From assembly GCA_027621365.1 (NCBI GenBank), contig JAQCBH010000001.1, positions 200,724 to 264,723 on the forward strand: a DNA stretch of 64,000 bases. The letters run 5' to 3'. Numbering within the stretch: the stretch's first letter is position 1; each line of letters starts with the position of its first letter. The DNA comes from Bacteroidota bacterium. Lineage in GTDB: Bacteria; Bacteroidota; Bacteroidia; NS11-12g; UBA955. Shown here one piece after another: positions 25,702 through 38,513 of the stretch. Made by a program: the position numbers and the translations under genes. The notes beneath the pieces are model-generated. The model was not told where the DNA came from. It worked only from the letters and a program-made list of their open reading frames with translations, and did no database searches.

Positions 25702-27393
25702 ATGGCGAAATTTCAACGGAGGCTCATGGTGTTTGCTTTGGTCTTGACCTTGCTCCAAAGCGCCATGACCGCGCTTCAGCCAGTTTTGTACCAGCACGGA
25801 ATTGACAAGGTCATTTTGGCCGGGAACTTCGACCAACTTGGGAACTTTTCACTAATTCTCTTGGGATGGCTGATTCTTCAAGCCGGACTGGGGTTTTTGA
25901 ATTCCTACGTAGGAGAGCGCATAGGCCAGGCCGTGATTTTGAAATTGCGCCAATACGTTTACGAACACCTCACCCGTCTGCGTTTGTCATTCTTTGACAA
26001 AACTCCAGTGGGCACGGCTGTAACGCGAAGCATCAGCGACATTCAAACCATTACCGATCTCTTTTCATCGGGCATCATCACCATCACAGGCGACAGCCTG
26101 CAGATCATCATCATTTTGATCTGTATGTTCAGTATGAACGTTGGTCTGACTTTGCTTACCCTTTCGGTGATTCCCTTGCTATTGTTGGCGGCCAATCGGT
26201 TCCGAAAAGGCATTCGAGACAGTTTCCAAGATGTACGCACCCAGGTTTCTCAATTGAATGCCTTCTTGCAAGAACGCATCACCGGCATGTCGATTGTGCA
26301 ACTCTTTAACCGCGAGTCCATTGAAGCGAACAAGTTTGAATCCATCAATGCCGAGCACCGAGACGCGAATATTCGAAGCATCTTTTACTACGCCATATTC
26401 TTTCCATTGGTAGACGTTCTAGTTGCCATTTCCTTTGCCCTCATAGTGTGGTATGGCGCCAAAGGCATGTTGCACGAAGAGATGGCCTTTGGCGAATTGA
26501 TGGCCTTCATCATGTTCATCAACTTGTTTTTTCGCCCGGTACGGGCCATTGCCGACCGCTTCAACAACATCCAAATGGGCATTGTTGCCGCTGAGCGCAT
26601 CTTTCAGTTGATTGACCAAAAGGAGTACTCAGAACCCGAACACGGGGAGTCGGCGTCTCGGTTGAAAGGAGAAATCTCATTCGAGAAGGTTTGGTTTGCC
26701 TACAAAGACGAACAGTACATTTTGAAGGGCATCGACTTCCATGTGCAGCCCGGACAGACCCTGGCCTTGGTGGGCCATACGGGGTCTGGAAAAACCACCA
26801 TTGCCAATTTGGTGAGCCAATTGTACAAGCACCAAAAAGGGACCATACAACTGGATGGCCGGCCCATTGAGCACTGGGACTTGAGATCCATTCGACGACA
26901 AATTGCCCTGGTCCTCCAAGACGTCTTCCTCTTTTCTGGATCGATCGAAGACAACATTCGTCTTCACGACGAGGAACTCCCCACTGATGCTATCAAAACG
27001 GCAGCCCTGCGCATCGGAGCCTACGACTTCATCAATAAGCTCCCCGGCGGATTCGAGTACAACGTCATGGAGCGAGGTTTGTCCCTATCACTGGGTCAGC
27101 GCCAATTGATCTCCTTCATTCGGGCTCTCGCTTTTGATCCCAGCATTTTGGTTTTGGACGAAGCGACCAGTGCCATTGACTCGGAAACCGAAGTATTGAT
27201 TCAGCGAGCCATTGAAACACTGCTAGAGAACCGAACAGCCATCATCATTGCCCATCGCTTGAGCACCATCAAACACGCCGATCAAATTCTGGTATTGGAT
27301 AAGGGTGAAATTGTCGAAAGAGGAAGCCACAACGAATTGCTGGCGAAAAAAGGCACCTACGCCCAATTGTACAGCACCCAACTTCAAAACTAA
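25702..27393 (+). CDS. ABC transporter, fused permease/ATP-binding exporter (MsbA/Type I exporter-like)
   Basis: Six TM helices, then Walker A (GHTGSGKTT), the ABC signature (LSLGQRQ) and Walker B (ILVLDEATSAID). Confidence 0.85.
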   Translation: MAKFQRRLMVFALVLTLLQSAMTALQPVLYQHGIDKVILAGNFDQLGNFSLILLGWLILQAGLGFLNSYVGERIGQAVILKLRQYVYEHLTRLRLSFFDKTPVGTAVTRSISDIQTITDLFSSGIITITGDSLQIIIILICMFSMNVGLTLLTLSVIPLLLLAANRFRKGIRDSFQDVRTQVSQLNAFLQERITGMSIVQLFNRESIEANKFESINAEHRDANIRSIFYYAIFFPLVDVLVAISFALIVWYGAKGMLHEEMAFGELMAFIMFINLFFRPVRAIADRFNNIQMGIVAAERIFQLIDQKEYSEPEHGESASRLKGEISFEKVWFAYKDEQYILKGIDFHVQPGQTLALVGHTGSGKTTIANLVSQLYKHQKGTIQLDGRPIEHWDLRSIRRQIALVLQDVFLFSGSIEDNIRLHDEELPTDAIKTAALRIGAYDFINKLPGGFEYNVMERGLSLSLGQRQLISFIRALAFDPSILVLDEATSAIDSETEVLIQRAIETLLENRTAIIIAHRLSTIKHADQILVLDKGEIVERGSHNELLAKKGTYAQLYSTQLQN

Positions 27394-27571
27394 AGAGATC
27401 AACAGGAGTTCCTATTAGGCAAGAACTCCTCTTCTAACACTTATGGGTGGTTTACTGGTGGCCATGAGTTTATGCCATTCTAGGGTTCCTTATTGACACT
27501 TAGGGTGGCTTCAGGTTGTCGTCTGCCCTTATTAGATTCTCTACCTTTAGGTTTCACAGACTTTGAGCAAT

Positions 27572-27600
27572 AAAAAAGGGGCCCATTACTGGGCCCCTTT
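27572..27600. terminator. Bidirectional rho-independent terminator (rpoC on minus; possibly also the ABC exporter on plus)
   Basis: Stem GGGGCCC / GGGCCCC with loop attact, preceded by A6 on the plus strand, which gives a U tract for the minus-strand rpoC transcript. Confidence 0.7.
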
Positions 27601-27622
27601 CACACAATCATAGAATCAAGGC

Positions 27623-30600
27623 TTAGGCCTCTTCATCGGCATAGCGAACCGCCATCAAGCGATCGTATTCCTCACGAGAACCTGTCACCACATTTTGGAA
27701 GCGACGCATACCGGTACCAGCAGGAATCAAGTGACCGACGATAACGTTCTCTTTCAAGCCACGCAAATCATCAATCTTACCACTGATAGCCGCCTCGTTC
27801 AATACTTTGGTCGTCTCCTGGAACGATGCAGCACTCATGAAGCTACGAGTACCCAAAGAAGCTTTGGTGATACCTTGCAAGATGGGCGAAGCCGTTGCTG
27901 GTACTGCATCACGGTATTCAACCAAAGCTTTGTCTTGACGACGCAAGGCTGAATTTTCTTGACGCAAGTCCTTCAACGAAACGATTTGACCAGCGTGCAT
28001 CACACAGCTTTCGCCAGCATTGGTTACAAATTTCTTGTCCCAAATCCAATCGTTTTCTTTGATCAACATCCACTTGTCAACTGATTCATTTTCCAAGAAA
28101 CGAGTATCGCCGGGATCGTTGATTTCCATCTTCTGCATCATCTGACGAACAATCACTTCGATGTGCTTGTCGTTGATTTTTACACCTTGCAAACGGTATA
28201 CTTCCTGAATACCATTCAACACATAACGTTGAACAGAAGCAGGTCCTTCGATGCGCAAGATATCTTGAGGAGTGATCGCACCATCAGACAAAGGCTGACC
28301 TGCGCGAACATAATCTCCATCGTGAACCAAGATGTGCTTGGACAAAGGCACTTGGTAGTGCTTCACGTCGCCATCTTTGGAAGTAACAATGATTTCCTGG
28401 TTACCACGCTTCGAAATACCGTAGCTAACAACACCATCAATTTCAGCCACAACAGCAGGGTTTGATGGGTTACGAGCTTCGAACAATTCCGTTACACGAG
28501 GCAGACCACCGGTAATGTCTCGGGTACGAGAAGCAGAACGAGGAATCTTAGCCAAGATATCACCTGCTTTTACTTTGGCGCTATTCTTAGCTACCAAAAT
28601 AGACTTCATAGGCATGTTGAAAATCTTAATCAACTCTTCCTTGCCGTCTTTGCCGATTACCTTGATCATGGGAACCTTGGTCTTATCCTTGCTCTCGGTG
28701 ATGACGTATTCGTACAATCCGGTTTGATCATCGCCTTCTTCGCGCATGTTCACACCTTCAATGATGTTTTCAAATTCGACCTTTCCGTCGATGTCGGAAA
28801 TGATCAAGGTGTTAAATGGATCCCAAGTACACAAAATATCGCCTTTCTTGGCCTTGTCACCTTCTTTCACCATCAAATGCGCACCGTAAGGAACGTTGTA
28901 AGTGGTGATGATGGTTTTGGCTTTGAGGTCCAAAATGCGAACCTCGCCGCTGCGGCCCAATACGATATCTGTCTTAACGGTCTCACCCTCATCGTTGGTT
29001 ACCTCTTTGGTAACGGTACGAATGCCGTCGAACGCTACAACACCGTCATACTTGGTTTCCAAGGTATTTTCAGCGGCAATGTTCAAGGCTGTACCACCCG
29101 TGTGGAAGGTACGAAGGGTCAACTGAGTTCCAGGTTCACCGATTGACTGTGCAGCGATTACACCCACAGCTTCACCCGCTTGAACCATTCTACCAGAGGC
29201 CAAGTTACGGCCGTAGCACTTGGAACAAACGCCGCCTTGAGTTTCACAAGTCAATACAGAGCGAATTTCTACTTCTTCTACTCCGGCATCTTCAATGGCC
29301 TGAGCGATTTCTTCGGTCAATTCTTCACCAGCCTTGGCGAGAACTTCTCCGTTATCAGGATGAATGACATCATCAACTGAGGTACGACCCAAGATACGCT
29401 CATACAAAGATTCTGTTACCTCATCGTTGTTCAAGATGGGCTGCATGGTGATACCACGCAAGGTTCCGCAATCTTCTTCAACGATAACCACGTCTTGAGC
29501 TACGTCGTGCAAACGACGAGTCAAGTAACCTGCGTCAGCCGTTTTCAAAGCTGTATCCGCAAGACCCTTACGAGCACCGTGAGTAGATACGAAGTATTCC
29601 AATACGTTCAAACCTTCTTTGAAGTTTGAAATAATTGGGTTTTCAATGGTATCTCCAGAACCACCGCCAATGTTCTTTTGGGGCTTGGCCATCAGACCAC
29701 GCATACCGCCGAGCTGACGAATCTGTTCTTTTGAACCACGAGCACCAGAATCCAACATCATGTAAATGGGGTTGAAACCTTGGTCGTCCTTCTGAAGGCG
29801 ATCGAACAATACACGAGCCAACTGGTTATTGACGCGTGTCCACAAGTCAATCACCTGGTTGTAACGCTCGTTGTTGGTAATGAAGCCCATGTCAGCGTTC
29901 GACTGAATTTCGCGAACTTCTTCCATGGCCTTGGCAATCATTTCATCCTTTTCAACAGGGATTTCTACGTTGCTCAAGTTAAAGCTCAATCCACCTTTGA
30001 AAGCGTATTGGAATCCAATGTCCTTGATGTCATCCAAAAACTGAGCAGCGCGAGCCACACCAGCGACGCGAATCACTTGGGTAATGATGTCACGCAAATT
30101 CTTCTTCTTGAGAACCTCATTGACATAGCCGACCTCGGTGGGAACCACTTGGTTGAAGATGACACGGCCTACGGTCGTATCAATGACTTTTTCTTTCAAT
30201 TCACCCGCTTCAAGAACCGTCACTTTGCACTTGATAGGAGCGTGCAATTCAACACGACCTTCGTTCAAAGCGACCTGTACTTCTTCAGCACCGTAGAAAG
30301 TCAAGCCTTCACCTTTAACAGGATGCTCTTTGGTTCCTTTACGCTCTTTCGAGATGTAGTAAAGACCCAAGATCATATCCTGAGAAGGAACGGTAACAGG
30401 AGCACCGTTAGCAGGGTTCAAAATGTTGTGCGAAGCCAACATCAACAACTGAGCCTCAGCGACAGCGGCGTTGCCCAAAGGCACGTGAACAGCCATCTGG
30501 TCACCGTCAAAGTCAGCGTTGAAACCGCTACACACCAAAGGATGCAATTGAATGGCCTTGCCTTCAACCAACTTGGGTTGGAAAGCCTGAATACCCAAAC

Positions 30601-31930
30601 GGTGCAGTGTTGGAGCACGGTTAAGCAATACAGGGTGACCCTTCAATATGTTCTCCAGAATATCCCAAATCACGGGATCTTTCTTTTCGACAATTTTCTT
30701 TGCCGTTTTTACGGTCTTGACGATGCCTCTTTCGATCAACTTGCGAATGATGAATGGCTTGAACAATTCAGCTGCCATGTTCTTAGGCAAACCACACTCG
30801 TTCAATTTGAGCGTAGGTCCAACCACAATAACAGAACGACCCGAATAGTCAACACGCTTACCCAGCAAGTTTTGACGGAAACGACCTTGCTTTCCTTTGA
30901 GCATATCACTCAATGACTTCAAAGGACGGTTTCCTTCACTCTTAACTGCGCTGGCACGACGAGTGTTGTCCAACAAGGAATCAACAGCCTCCTGCAACAT
31001 GCGCTTCTCGTTGCGCAAAATCACTTCAGGAGCCTTGATCTCAACCAAACGCTTCAATCGGTTGTTGCGAATGATCACACGACGATACAAATCGTTCAAG
31101 TCAGAGGTTGCAAAGCGACCACCTTCCAAGGGCACCAATGGGCGCAACTCGGGAGGAATAACAGGCAACATCTTCATGATCATCCACTCAGGGCGGTTTT
31201 CACCAGACTTCTGAGCCGAACGGAAACCTTCGATTACCTTCAAGCGCTTCAAAGCTTCTTGCTTGCGCTGCTGAGAAGTCTCAGTAGCTGCGGCAATACG
31301 CAAATCATAGCTCAATTTGTCAAGGTCGATGCGCTGAAGCAACATCTCCAATCCTTCGGCACCCATCTTAGCGATGAACTTGTTGGGATCAGAATCTTCC
31401 AACATTTGGTTTTCGCGTGGAAGCGAATCCAAGATGTCCAAATACTCCTCTTCGGTCAACAGATCCAGCTGATTAGCTGATTCTGCGATACCCGATTGGA
31501 TCACAACATAGCGCTCATAATAGATGACCATGTCCAACTTCTTGGTGGGGATACCCAACAAGTAGCCGATTTTGTTTGGCAAGGAACGGAAGTACCAGAT
31601 GTGCGCGACGGGGACCACCAAATTGATGTGACCCATGCGCTCGCGGCGAACCTTCTTTTCGGTTACCTCAACACCACAACGGTCACAAACGATTCCTTTG
31701 TAGCGAATACGCTTGTACTTGCCGCAATGGCATTCATAATCCTTAATGGGGCCGAAAATGCGTTCGCAAAACAGACCACCCATTTCAGGTTTGTAACTGC
31801 GGTAGTTGATGGTTTCAGGCTTTACAACCTCACCATAACTGCGGCGCAGAATATTCTCAGGGGAAGCCAACGAGATGCGAATCTTGCTGAAATTGCTTCC
31901 GATTTTTTGTGTTTTTTTCTGGAGTTGCAT
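27623..31930 (-). CDS. rpoC: DNA-directed RNA polymerase subunit beta'
   Basis: 1435 aa. Contains NADFDGD, a zinc-binding CxxC region and conserved beta' regions throughout. Confidence 0.98.
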   Translation of the reverse strand: MQLQKKTQKIGSNFSKIRISLASPENILRRSYGEVVKPETINYRSYKPEMGGLFCERIFGPIKDYECHCGKYKRIRYKGIVCDRCGVEVTEKKVRRERMGHINLVVPVAHIWYFRSLPNKIGYLLGIPTKKLDMVIYYERYVVIQSGIAESANQLDLLTEEEYLDILDSLPRENQMLEDSDPNKFIAKMGAEGLEMLLQRIDLDKLSYDLRIAAATETSQQRKQEALKRLKVIEGFRSAQKSGENRPEWMIMKMLPVIPPELRPLVPLEGGRFATSDLNDLYRRVIIRNNRLKRLVEIKAPEVILRNEKRMLQEAVDSLLDNTRRASAVKSEGNRPLKSLSDMLKGKQGRFRQNLLGKRVDYSGRSVIVVGPTLKLNECGLPKNMAAELFKPFIIRKLIERGIVKTVKTAKKIVEKKDPVIWDILENILKGHPVLLNRAPTLHRLGIQAFQPKLVEGKAIQLHPLVCSGFNADFDGDQMAVHVPLGNAAVAEAQLLMLASHNILNPANGAPVTVPSQDMILGLYYISKERKGTKEHPVKGEGLTFYGAEEVQVALNEGRVELHAPIKCKVTVLEAGELKEKVIDTTVGRVIFNQVVPTEVGYVNEVLKKKNLRDIITQVIRVAGVARAAQFLDDIKDIGFQYAFKGGLSFNLSNVEIPVEKDEMIAKAMEEVREIQSNADMGFITNNERYNQVIDLWTRVNNQLARVLFDRLQKDDQGFNPIYMMLDSGARGSKEQIRQLGGMRGLMAKPQKNIGGGSGDTIENPIISNFKEGLNVLEYFVSTHGARKGLADTALKTADAGYLTRRLHDVAQDVVIVEEDCGTLRGITMQPILNNDEVTESLYERILGRTSVDDVIHPDNGEVLAKAGEELTEEIAQAIEDAGVEEVEIRSVLTCETQGGVCSKCYGRNLASGRMVQAGEAVGVIAAQSIGEPGTQLTLRTFHTGGTALNIAAENTLETKYDGVVAFDGIRTVTKEVTNDEGETVKTDIVLGRSGEVRILDLKAKTIITTYNVPYGAHLMVKEGDKAKKGDILCTWDPFNTLIISDIDGKVEFENIIEGVNMREEGDDQTGLYEYVITESKDKTKVPMIKVIGKDGKEELIKIFNMPMKSILVAKNSAKVKAGDILAKIPRSASRTRDITGGLPRVTELFEARNPSNPAVVAEIDGVVSYGISKRGNQEIIVTSKDGDVKHYQVPLSKHILVHDGDYVRAGQPLSDGAITPQDILRIEGPASVQRYVLNGIQEVYRLQGVKINDKHIEVIVRQMMQKMEINDPGDTRFLENESVDKWMLIKENDWIWDKKFVTNAGESCVMHAGQIVSLKDLRQENSALRRQDKALVEYRDAVPATASPILQGITKASLGTRSFMSAASFQETTKVLNEAAISGKIDDLRGLKENVIVGHLIPAGTGMRRFQNVVTGSREEYDRLMAVRYADEEA

Positions 31931-31945
31931 CAGATACTTATAGCA

Positions 31946-34900
31946 TTAATCCATGAACGTTACTTCCAAGCCCAAGCCACGGAGCTCGTGTAACAAAACG
32001 TTAAATGATTCAGGCGTTCCAACTTGGCTGATGTTGTCACCCTTAACGATGGCCTCGTAAGCCTTGGCACGGCCTGCGATATCGTCAGATTTGATGGTCA
32101 AGATCTCGCGCAAGATGTTCGAAGCACCGAATGCTTCCAACGCCCACACTTCCATCTCACCAAAACGCTGACCACCGAACTGAGCTTTACCACCCAAAGG
32201 CTGCTGCGTAATGAGCGAGTACGGACCGATAGAACGAGCGTGCATCTTGTCGTCAACCATGTGACCCAACTTCAGCATGTAGCTCACACCAACTGTGGTA
32301 GGCTGATCGAACTTCTCACCGGTCAAGCCGTTGTTCAAGCGAACCAATCCGTTGGCAGGAATACCAGCTTTAGCCGTGTATTCGTTGATCTCATCCAAGG
32401 TGGCACCATCAAAAATTGGGGTAGCGAATTTCACGCCGAGAGCCTTACCAGCCCATCCCAAGACGGTCTCGTAAATCTGACCCAAGTTCATACGTGAAGG
32501 TACACCCAAGGGGTTCAACACGATGTCCATCGGAGTTCCATCATCCAAGAATGGCATGTCTTCTTCGCGAACGATACGGGCAACAATACCCTTGTTACCG
32601 TGGCGACCTGCCATCTTATCACCCACTTTCAACTTACGCTTGGTGGCCACGTAAACTTTGGCCAACTGCAAAATACCGGTAGGCAATTCGTCACCTACGC
32701 TGATGGAATAATGCTCGCGTTTGAAATTGGTTACCTTTTCGTTGTGAATGTTGATGTAGTTCGTTAATGCGCGAACAACCAAGTTGCTCTTCTCTTCGTC
32801 GGCTGCCCAGTTGTGGTAGTTCAAATTGCTGTAATCCAACGCCAACAAGTTCTTTTGAGTAAACTTGGTTCCTTTTGGAATCAACTCTTCGCTGTACATA
32901 TTGTACACACCTTGGCTGGTTTTGCCGCCAACGATTTGGAACAATTTCTTCACCAACTCGTCCTTCAGCTGATTCAAGTCTTTCTGATGCTCATCTTCCA
33001 ACTTGGCCAAACGGCTCTTGTCGCTGCTGCGAGCATTCTTGTCTTTCTTGGTTTTGCTGAACAACTTCTTGCTGATGACAACACCGGTAGCACCTGGAGG
33101 CGCTTTCAATGAAGCATCTTTGACATCTCCGGCTTTGTCACCGAAGATGGCACGCAACAATTTCTCTTCTGGAGAAGGCTCGGTTTCACCTTTAGGAGTG
33201 ATTTTTCCGATCAAGATATCACCTTCTTTTACTTCGGCACCCACACGAATCAATCCTGAGTCGTCGAGGTTCTTGGTCATTTCTTCTGAAACGTTGGGGA
33301 TATCATTGGTCAGTTCTTCTTCACCGCGCTTGGTGTCGCGAACTTCCAGCTCGTATTCTGTGATGTAGATGGTGGTGAACCAATCTTCTTTTACAACCTT
33401 TTCGGAAATCACGATAGCATCCTCAAAGTTGTAACCTTGCCATGGCATGTAAGCCACCTGCAAGTTGCGACCCAAGGCCAATTCACCGCCCTGAGTAGCG
33501 TAACCTTCACACAACACTTGACCTTTGCTAACCTTATCGCCTTTCTTAACGATAGGGCGCAAGTTGATGCAAGAGTTTTGGTTGGTGCGGCGAAATTTGA
33601 TCAAGCTATAGGTTTTGATATCACCGGTAAAGCTGACCAAATCATCGTCGCTGTTGTGGAAGTAACGAATGCGGATTTCGTTGGCATCTACATAATCAAC
33701 TTCACCATCGCCTTCAGCGTTGATCAAAGAGCGACTGTCACGAGCTACCTTTTCTTCCAGACCCGTACCGACTACGGGAGCCTCGGGGCGAATCAAAGGA
33801 ACGGCCTGACGTTGCATGTTTGAACCCATCAAAGCACGGTTGGCGTCATCGTGTTCCAAGAAAGGAATCATGGATGCTGCAATCGAAACAATCTGGTTAG
33901 GAGCAACGTCCATGTAATCCAACTGGGTAGGCTCCACCAAGGGGAAGTCACCCTCTTTGCGGCTCTTTACTACCTCAGATTTGAAATTACCCGTTTTATC
34001 AAACTCAGCGTTGGCCTGGGCGATGGTCATGCCATCTTCCTCTTCAGCGCTCAAGTAAATGATTTCAGGAGTAACTTTTCCAGAATCGATTTTACGGTAT
34101 GGGGTTTCCAAAAAGCCCATAGAGTTGATCTTCGCGTGAACACACAGAGAAGAAATCAAACCAATGTTGGGACCTTCAGGAGTCTCAATGGTACACAAAC
34201 GACCGTAGTGGGTGTAGTGAACGTCACGAACCTCAAAACCGGCACGTTCGCGGCTCAAACCACCAGGACCAAGAGCACTCAAACGACGCTTGTGAGTGAT
34301 TTCAGCCAAGGGGTTGATTTGATCCAGGAACTGAGACAGCTGGTTGGTTCCAAAGAAACTGTTGATGACTGATGACAAGGTACGGGCATTGACAAGGTCT
34401 TGTGGCGTGAATACCTCGTTATCGCGAATGTTCATTTTTTCGCGAATGGTACGAGCCATACGGGCCAAACCTACTCCGAACTGAGCGTACAACTGTTCGC
34501 CTACGGTGCGCACGCGACGGTTGCTCAAGTGGTCAATATCGTCCAAGATTTCAGATCCATTCACCAATTCAATCAAGTACTTGATGATGGAAATGATGTC
34601 GCCTTTGGTCAAGACCTTCCTGTCCATTCCTTCTTCCAAGCCCAACTTCTTGTTGATGCGGTAGCGACCTACCTCACCCAAGTCGTAACGCTTGTCTGAG
34701 AAGAACAAACGATCAATGATGCCACGAGCAGTTTCCTCATCTGGGGGATCTGCGTTACGCAATTGACGGTAAATAACTTCCAAGGCTTCTTTGCCGTTGT
34801 TGGAAGTATCTTTTTGAAGCGTGTTGTAGATGACATCGTAATCCAAGTCTCCATCTCCTTCGGTAGAAAGAATGATGGTCTTCACATTGGCTTCCAATAT

Positions 34901-35749
34901 CACATCAACGTGTTCGTCTTCAATAACTGTATCACGCTCCAAGATAACCTCGTTGCGCTCAATGCTTACTACCTCACCGGTATCTTCGTCAACAAAATCC
35001 TCGATCCAAGTGCGAAGAACACGTGCGGCCAACTTGCGACCCAACACGCGCTTCAAACCTGCTTTAGAGACCTTGATCTCTTCACTTAAACCAAATATAT
35101 CGAGAATGTCTTTGTCAGCTTCATACCCAATGGCGCGAAGCAAAGTAGTTACAGGGAACTTTTTCTTGCGGTCGATGTACGCGTACATGACAGAGTTCAC
35201 GTCTGTGGCAAATTCAATCCAAGAACCCTTGAAAGGAATGACACGAGCCGAGAACAATTTGGTTCCATTCGAGTGGAAACTCTGACCGAAGAAAACACCG
35301 GGTGAACGGTGCAACTGGCTTACGATGACTCGCTCAGCACCGTTGATGATAAAGGTACCGTTGGGAGACATGTAAGGCAGGGTGCCTAAATACACATCTT
35401 GCACGATGGTTTCAAAATCTTCGTGCTCAGGATCGTTGCAGCTCAAGCGCAACTTCGCCTTCAAAGGAACGGCATAAGTCAGGCCGCGCTCAATGCACTC
35501 CTGGATGGTATAGCGGGGAGGATCAACGAAGTAATCCAAAAACTCCAAGTTGAAGATGTTGCGCGTATCGTTGATCGGGAAGTTTTCACGGAAAACTTTG
35601 AACAAGCCCTCTCCTTCACGTTTGTCGGCAGGTGTCTCCAATTGGAAGAATTCTTGGAATGATTTCAACTGAACATCCAAGAAATCCGGATACTCGATGG
35701 CATGCTGAACCTTGCCGAAAGAGATCCTTTTATGTTGTGTTGTGCTCAA
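31946..35749 (-). CDS. rpoB: DNA-directed RNA polymerase subunit beta
   Basis: 1267 aa with conserved beta regions throughout, including the rifampicin cluster region ...[18 protein letters not shown].... Confidence 0.98.
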   Translation of the reverse strand: MSTTQHKRISFGKVQHAIEYPDFLDVQLKSFQEFFQLETPADKREGEGLFKVFRENFPINDTRNIFNLEFLDYFVDPPRYTIQECIERGLTYAVPLKAKLRLSCNDPEHEDFETIVQDVYLGTLPYMSPNGTFIINGAERVIVSQLHRSPGVFFGQSFHSNGTKLFSARVIPFKGSWIEFATDVNSVMYAYIDRKKKFPVTTLLRAIGYEADKDILDIFGLSEEIKVSKAGLKRVLGRKLAARVLRTWIEDFVDEDTGEVVSIERNEVILERDTVIEDEHVDVILEANVKTIILSTEGDGDLDYDVIYNTLQKDTSNNGKEALEVIYRQLRNADPPDEETARGIIDRLFFSDKRYDLGEVGRYRINKKLGLEEGMDRKVLTKGDIISIIKYLIELVNGSEILDDIDHLSNRRVRTVGEQLYAQFGVGLARMARTIREKMNIRDNEVFTPQDLVNARTLSSVINSFFGTNQLSQFLDQINPLAEITHKRRLSALGPGGLSRERAGFEVRDVHYTHYGRLCTIETPEGPNIGLISSLCVHAKINSMGFLETPYRKIDSGKVTPEIIYLSAEEEDGMTIAQANAEFDKTGNFKSEVVKSRKEGDFPLVEPTQLDYMDVAPNQIVSIAASMIPFLEHDDANRALMGSNMQRQAVPLIRPEAPVVGTGLEEKVARDSRSLINAEGDGEVDYVDANEIRIRYFHNSDDDLVSFTGDIKTYSLIKFRRTNQNSCINLRPIVKKGDKVSKGQVLCEGYATQGGELALGRNLQVAYMPWQGYNFEDAIVISEKVVKEDWFTTIYITEYELEVRDTKRGEEELTNDIPNVSEEMTKNLDDSGLIRVGAEVKEGDILIGKITPKGETEPSPEEKLLRAIFGDKAGDVKDASLKAPPGATGVVISKKLFSKTKKDKNARSSDKSRLAKLEDEHQKDLNQLKDELVKKLFQIVGGKTSQGVYNMYSEELIPKGTKFTQKNLLALDYSNLNYHNWAADEEKSNLVVRALTNYINIHNEKVTNFKREHYSISVGDELPTGILQLAKVYVATKRKLKVGDKMAGRHGNKGIVARIVREEDMPFLDDGTPMDIVLNPLGVPSRMNLGQIYETVLGWAGKALGVKFATPIFDGATLDEINEYTAKAGIPANGLVRLNNGLTGEKFDQPTTVGVSYMLKLGHMVDDKMHARSIGPYSLITQQPLGGKAQFGGQRFGEMEVWALEAFGASNILREILTIKSDDIAGRAKAYEAIVKGDNISQVGTPESFNVLLHELRGLGLEVTFMD

Positions 35750-35799
35750 AATGCTTAATAAATTTGGTTAGACAATGGTCTTAGGCTGTCAAACGACCA

Positions 35800-35826
35800 A
35801 AAGGCCCACGGTTCCCCGGGGCCTTT
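35800..35826 (-). terminator. rplL-rpoB intergenic hairpin (probable partial terminator/attenuator)
   Basis: Stem AAAGGCCC / GGGCCTTT with an 11-nt loop, sitting in the 97-bp spacer between rplL and rpoB. The U tract on the transcript is interrupted (UUUUGGUCGUUUG). Confidence 0.45.
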
Positions 35827-35846
35827 GTCGTTAGTTCTGGGTGGTC

Positions 35847-36227
35847 TTACTTAACTTCAACGTCAGCGCCCGCCTCTTTGAGTTTAGCTGCGATATCTTC
35901 GGCTTCGGCCTTAGAGATCTTTTCTTTAACAGCTTTGGGGGCACCGTCTACCAACTCCTTAGCTTCTTTCAAGCCCAAACCGGTCAAGTCTTTTACAACT
36001 TTAACCACGTTCAACTTGCCAGCACCGGGGTTGGTCAAGATAACGTCGAACTCAGTCTGCTCAGCAGCAGCAGCGCCAGCATCACCGCCAGCGGCGGGAG
36101 CAGCAACAGCAACTGCAGCAGCAGCAGGCTCGATGCCATGTTCTTCTTTGAGGATCTGAGCAAGCTCATTTACCTCTTTTACAGTGAGACTAACCAACTG
36201 ATTCGCGAATTCTTTCAAATCTACCAT
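35847..36227 (-). CDS. rplL: 50S ribosomal protein L7/L12
   Basis: 126 aa with an Ala-rich hinge and the conserved C-terminal domain (...[40 protein letters not shown]). Confidence 0.95.
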   Translation of the reverse strand: MVDLKEFANQLVSLTVKEVNELAQILKEEHGIEPAAAAVAVAAPAAGGDAGAAAAEQTEFDVILTNPGAGKLNVVKVVKDLTGLGLKEAKELVDGAPKAVKEKISKAEAEDIAAKLKEAGADVEVK

Positions 36228-36266
36228 TGTTATTTAATTTAAGTGTTTTTCTATTGATGGGGTTAA

Positions 36267-36794
36267 TTATGCGCGCTCTTCGAGAGCTTTTACCAAACCT
36301 GCCAATTTCTGGCCGGCGTTCGATTGCAAAGCACTGATGACATTCTTCGCAGGAGATTGGAGCAAACCGATTACGTCGCCAATCAATTCCTCGCGTGTCT
36401 TCAGAGACAACAATTCTTTCAGTTTATCATCGCCAACGAATACACCGTTGTCGATCCAGGCACCTTTCAAAGAAGGCATATCGGCCTTCCCACGGAAATC
36501 AGACAAGGCCTTTGCTGGAGCTTTTTGAACACTAGAGAACATCACACAAGTTGTGCCCTTCAAGGTGTCAAACAAACCCGTAAAGTCCTTACCACATTCT
36601 TCCATGGCAATTTTCAACAAGGTGTTCTTTACCATGCGCATTTCGACTCCATTTTGGAACAACATGCGACGGAAAGAGTTTGTAGCGCCGGCAGACATGC
36701 CGTTAGTATTGGCCAAATAAACGAAGTCGTTTGCCTTCAATTTGTCAACCAATTCAGCTACTTCAGCAGCTTTTTCTAGTTTCGTCATGGCCAT
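36267..36794 (-). CDS. rplJ: 50S ribosomal protein L10
   Basis: 175 aa in the L10 family, sitting in the conserved position upstream of rplL. Confidence 0.95.
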   Translation of the reverse strand: MAMTKLEKAAEVAELVDKLKANDFVYLANTNGMSAGATNSFRRMLFQNGVEMRMVKNTLLKIAMEECGKDFTGLFDTLKGTTCVMFSSVQKAPAKALSDFRGKADMPSLKGAWIDNGVFVGDDKLKELLSLKTREELIGDVIGLLQSPAKNVISALQSNAGQKLAGLVKALEERA

Positions 36795-36797
36795 GGC

Positions 36798-37493
36798 TTA
36801 GATTCCTTGTATTGATTTAATGTCAACATTTACAGAGGGGCTCATGGTGCTGCTCAAGAAGATGCTCTTGAAATACGTACCTTTTGCCGCGCTGGGCTTC
36901 AAACGATGCAAGGTTTGAACCAACTCCAATGCGTTTTCACTCAATTTGTCTGCGTCAAAGGAAACCTTTCCTACAGATGTGTGGATGATACCGGTTTTAT
37001 CAACTTTAAAGTCAATTTTACCTGCTTTAACCTCTGTTACAGCTTTGCCCACTTCCAAAGTAACGGTACCGCTCTTAGGGTTAGGCATCAAGTTACGAGG
37101 ACCCAAGATTTTACCCAAACGACCCAACTTTGCCATAACTGCAGGAACAGCAATGATGATATCGATGTCCGTCCAACCTGAGGCTATTTTATCGATGTAT
37201 TCATCCAAACCAACATGATCGGCACCTGCTGCTTTAGCTTCTTCCTCCTTATCAGGAGTACACAAAACCAGAGTGCGAACGGTTTTACCCAAACCATGGG
37301 GCAATGAAGCCACACCGCGAACCATTTGATTGGCTTGGCGGGGGTCTACACCCAAACGCACGTCAATGTCTACAGAGCTGTCGAACTTGGTGCTTGAAAT
37401 GGTCTTCAAAACCTCACAAGCTTCCAACAGCGTATAGGACTTAGTATTGTCGTACTTGGAAAGCGCTTCTTTTCTTTTCTTACCAACTTTCAT
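36798..37493 (-). CDS. rplA: 50S ribosomal protein L1
   Basis: 231 aa in the L1 family. Confidence 0.95.
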   Translation of the reverse strand: MKVGKKRKEALSKYDNTKSYTLLEACEVLKTISSTKFDSSVDIDVRLGVDPRQANQMVRGVASLPHGLGKTVRTLVLCTPDKEEEAKAAGADHVGLDEYIDKIASGWTDIDIIIAVPAVMAKLGRLGKILGPRNLMPNPKSGTVTLEVGKAVTEVKAGKIDFKVDKTGIIHTSVGKVSFDADKLSENALELVQTLHRLKPSAAKGTYFKSIFLSSTMSPSVNVDIKSIQGI

Positions 37494-37504
37494 ATTTCCG
37501 AGAA

Positions 37505-37942
37505 TTAAAATGGTGAATCACCTACCACATTCACACCCATGCTTCGAGCCGTTCCGGCCACCATTTTCATGGCAGACTCAACGGTAAAGCAATTCAAATC
37601 AGGCATTTTAGCCTCTGCGATGGTGCGCACTTGATCCCATGAAATGGAACCGACTTTTTTGCGGTTAGATTCAGCCGAACCTTGTTTGATCTTGGTTGCT
37701 TCCAAAATCTGTACTGCCACTGGAGGAGTTTTGATGATAAAATCGAACGATTTATCGGAATAAACCGTGATCACCACCGGCAACACCTTACCCATCTGGT
37801 CTTGTGTACGAGCGTTGAATTGTTTGCAAAAGTCCATGATATTGACCCCTTTTGCACCTAGTGCGGGACCAATTGGAGGTGCGGGGTTAGCCGTACCACC
37901 TTTTACTTGGAGCTTTACAAAACCTGATACTTCTTTTGCCAT
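37505..37942 (-). CDS. rplK: 50S ribosomal protein L11
   Basis: 145 aa in the L11 family (…[22 protein letters not shown]…). Confidence 0.95.
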   Translation of the reverse strand: MAKEVSGFVKLQVKGGTANPAPPIGPALGAKGVNIMDFCKQFNARTQDQMGKVLPVVITVYSDKSFDFIIKTPPVAVQILEATKIKQGSAESNRKKVGSISWDQVRTIAEAKMPDLNCFTVESAMKMVAGTARSMGVNVVGDSPF

Positions 37943-37954
37943 TATACTGTTACG

Positions 37955-38509
37955 TTACAATTTTTGTACTTGGTTGTAATTGAGTTCAAGCGGAGTGCGG
38001 CGACCGAAAATTTTCACCATCACCTTCAACTTGCGCTTTTCCTCATTCACTTCTTCGATGACCCCATCAAATTCATTGAAAGGACCATCAATGACCTTCA
38101 CCGCTTCTCCAACTAGGTAATGCTCTTCAGAGCCTACTTCTGCCTCGCTCAATTCGTCGGCTGTGCCTAAGATACGAGTCAATTCGTTGGGACGGAGGGG
38201 GACGGGTTGGTCTTTAGAACCCAAAAAACCCACAACGCCAGAGACGCTGCGAATCAAGGGCATGATTTCAGGGTCAGAAAAATCAGCATTGATCAAAATG
38301 TAACCTGGGAACGCGTTGCGCTCCTTGATTACCTTTTTGCCGTTTTTCACCTGATATACCTTTTCGGTCGGAATGAGGATTTCAGGAACATAGTCCAACT
38401 TGCCGTCGCGCTCTAGCTCAACTTCAATGTTGTGCTTTACCTTCTTTTCTTGACCGGTAATTGCACGAACTACGTACCACTTATGTCTCTCTTCTGCCGG
38501 GGTTGTCAT
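37955..38509 (-). CDS. nusG: Transcription termination/antitermination factor NusG
   Basis: 184 aa with an NGN domain (WYVVRAITGQEKKV) and a C-terminal KOW domain. Confidence 0.95.
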   Translation of the reverse strand: MTTPAEERHKWYVVRAITGQEKKVKHNIEVELERDGKLDYVPEILIPTEKVYQVKNGKKVIKERNAFPGYILINADFSDPEIMPLIRSVSGVVGFLGSKDQPVPLRPNELTRILGTADELSEAEVGSEEHYLVGEAVKVIDGPFNEFDGVIEEVNEEKRKLKVMVKIFGRRTPLELNYNQVQKL

Positions 38510-38513
38510 AGGA

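Noticed and set aside
28163-31214. A series of plus-strand ORFs (up to 378 aa at 29780-30916) lying antisense inside rpoC
   Set aside because: They fall entirely within the highly conserved rpoC coding sequence on the opposite strand. Their translations are low-complexity with no recognisable domains. Long antisense ORFs are expected by chance in a 4.3-kb gene that suppresses stop codons on the complementary frame.
32024-35662. Multiple plus-strand ORFs (100-173 aa) antisense to rpoB
   Set aside because: Same reasoning as for rpoC. There is no motif content, and they sit wholly inside an essential conserved gene.
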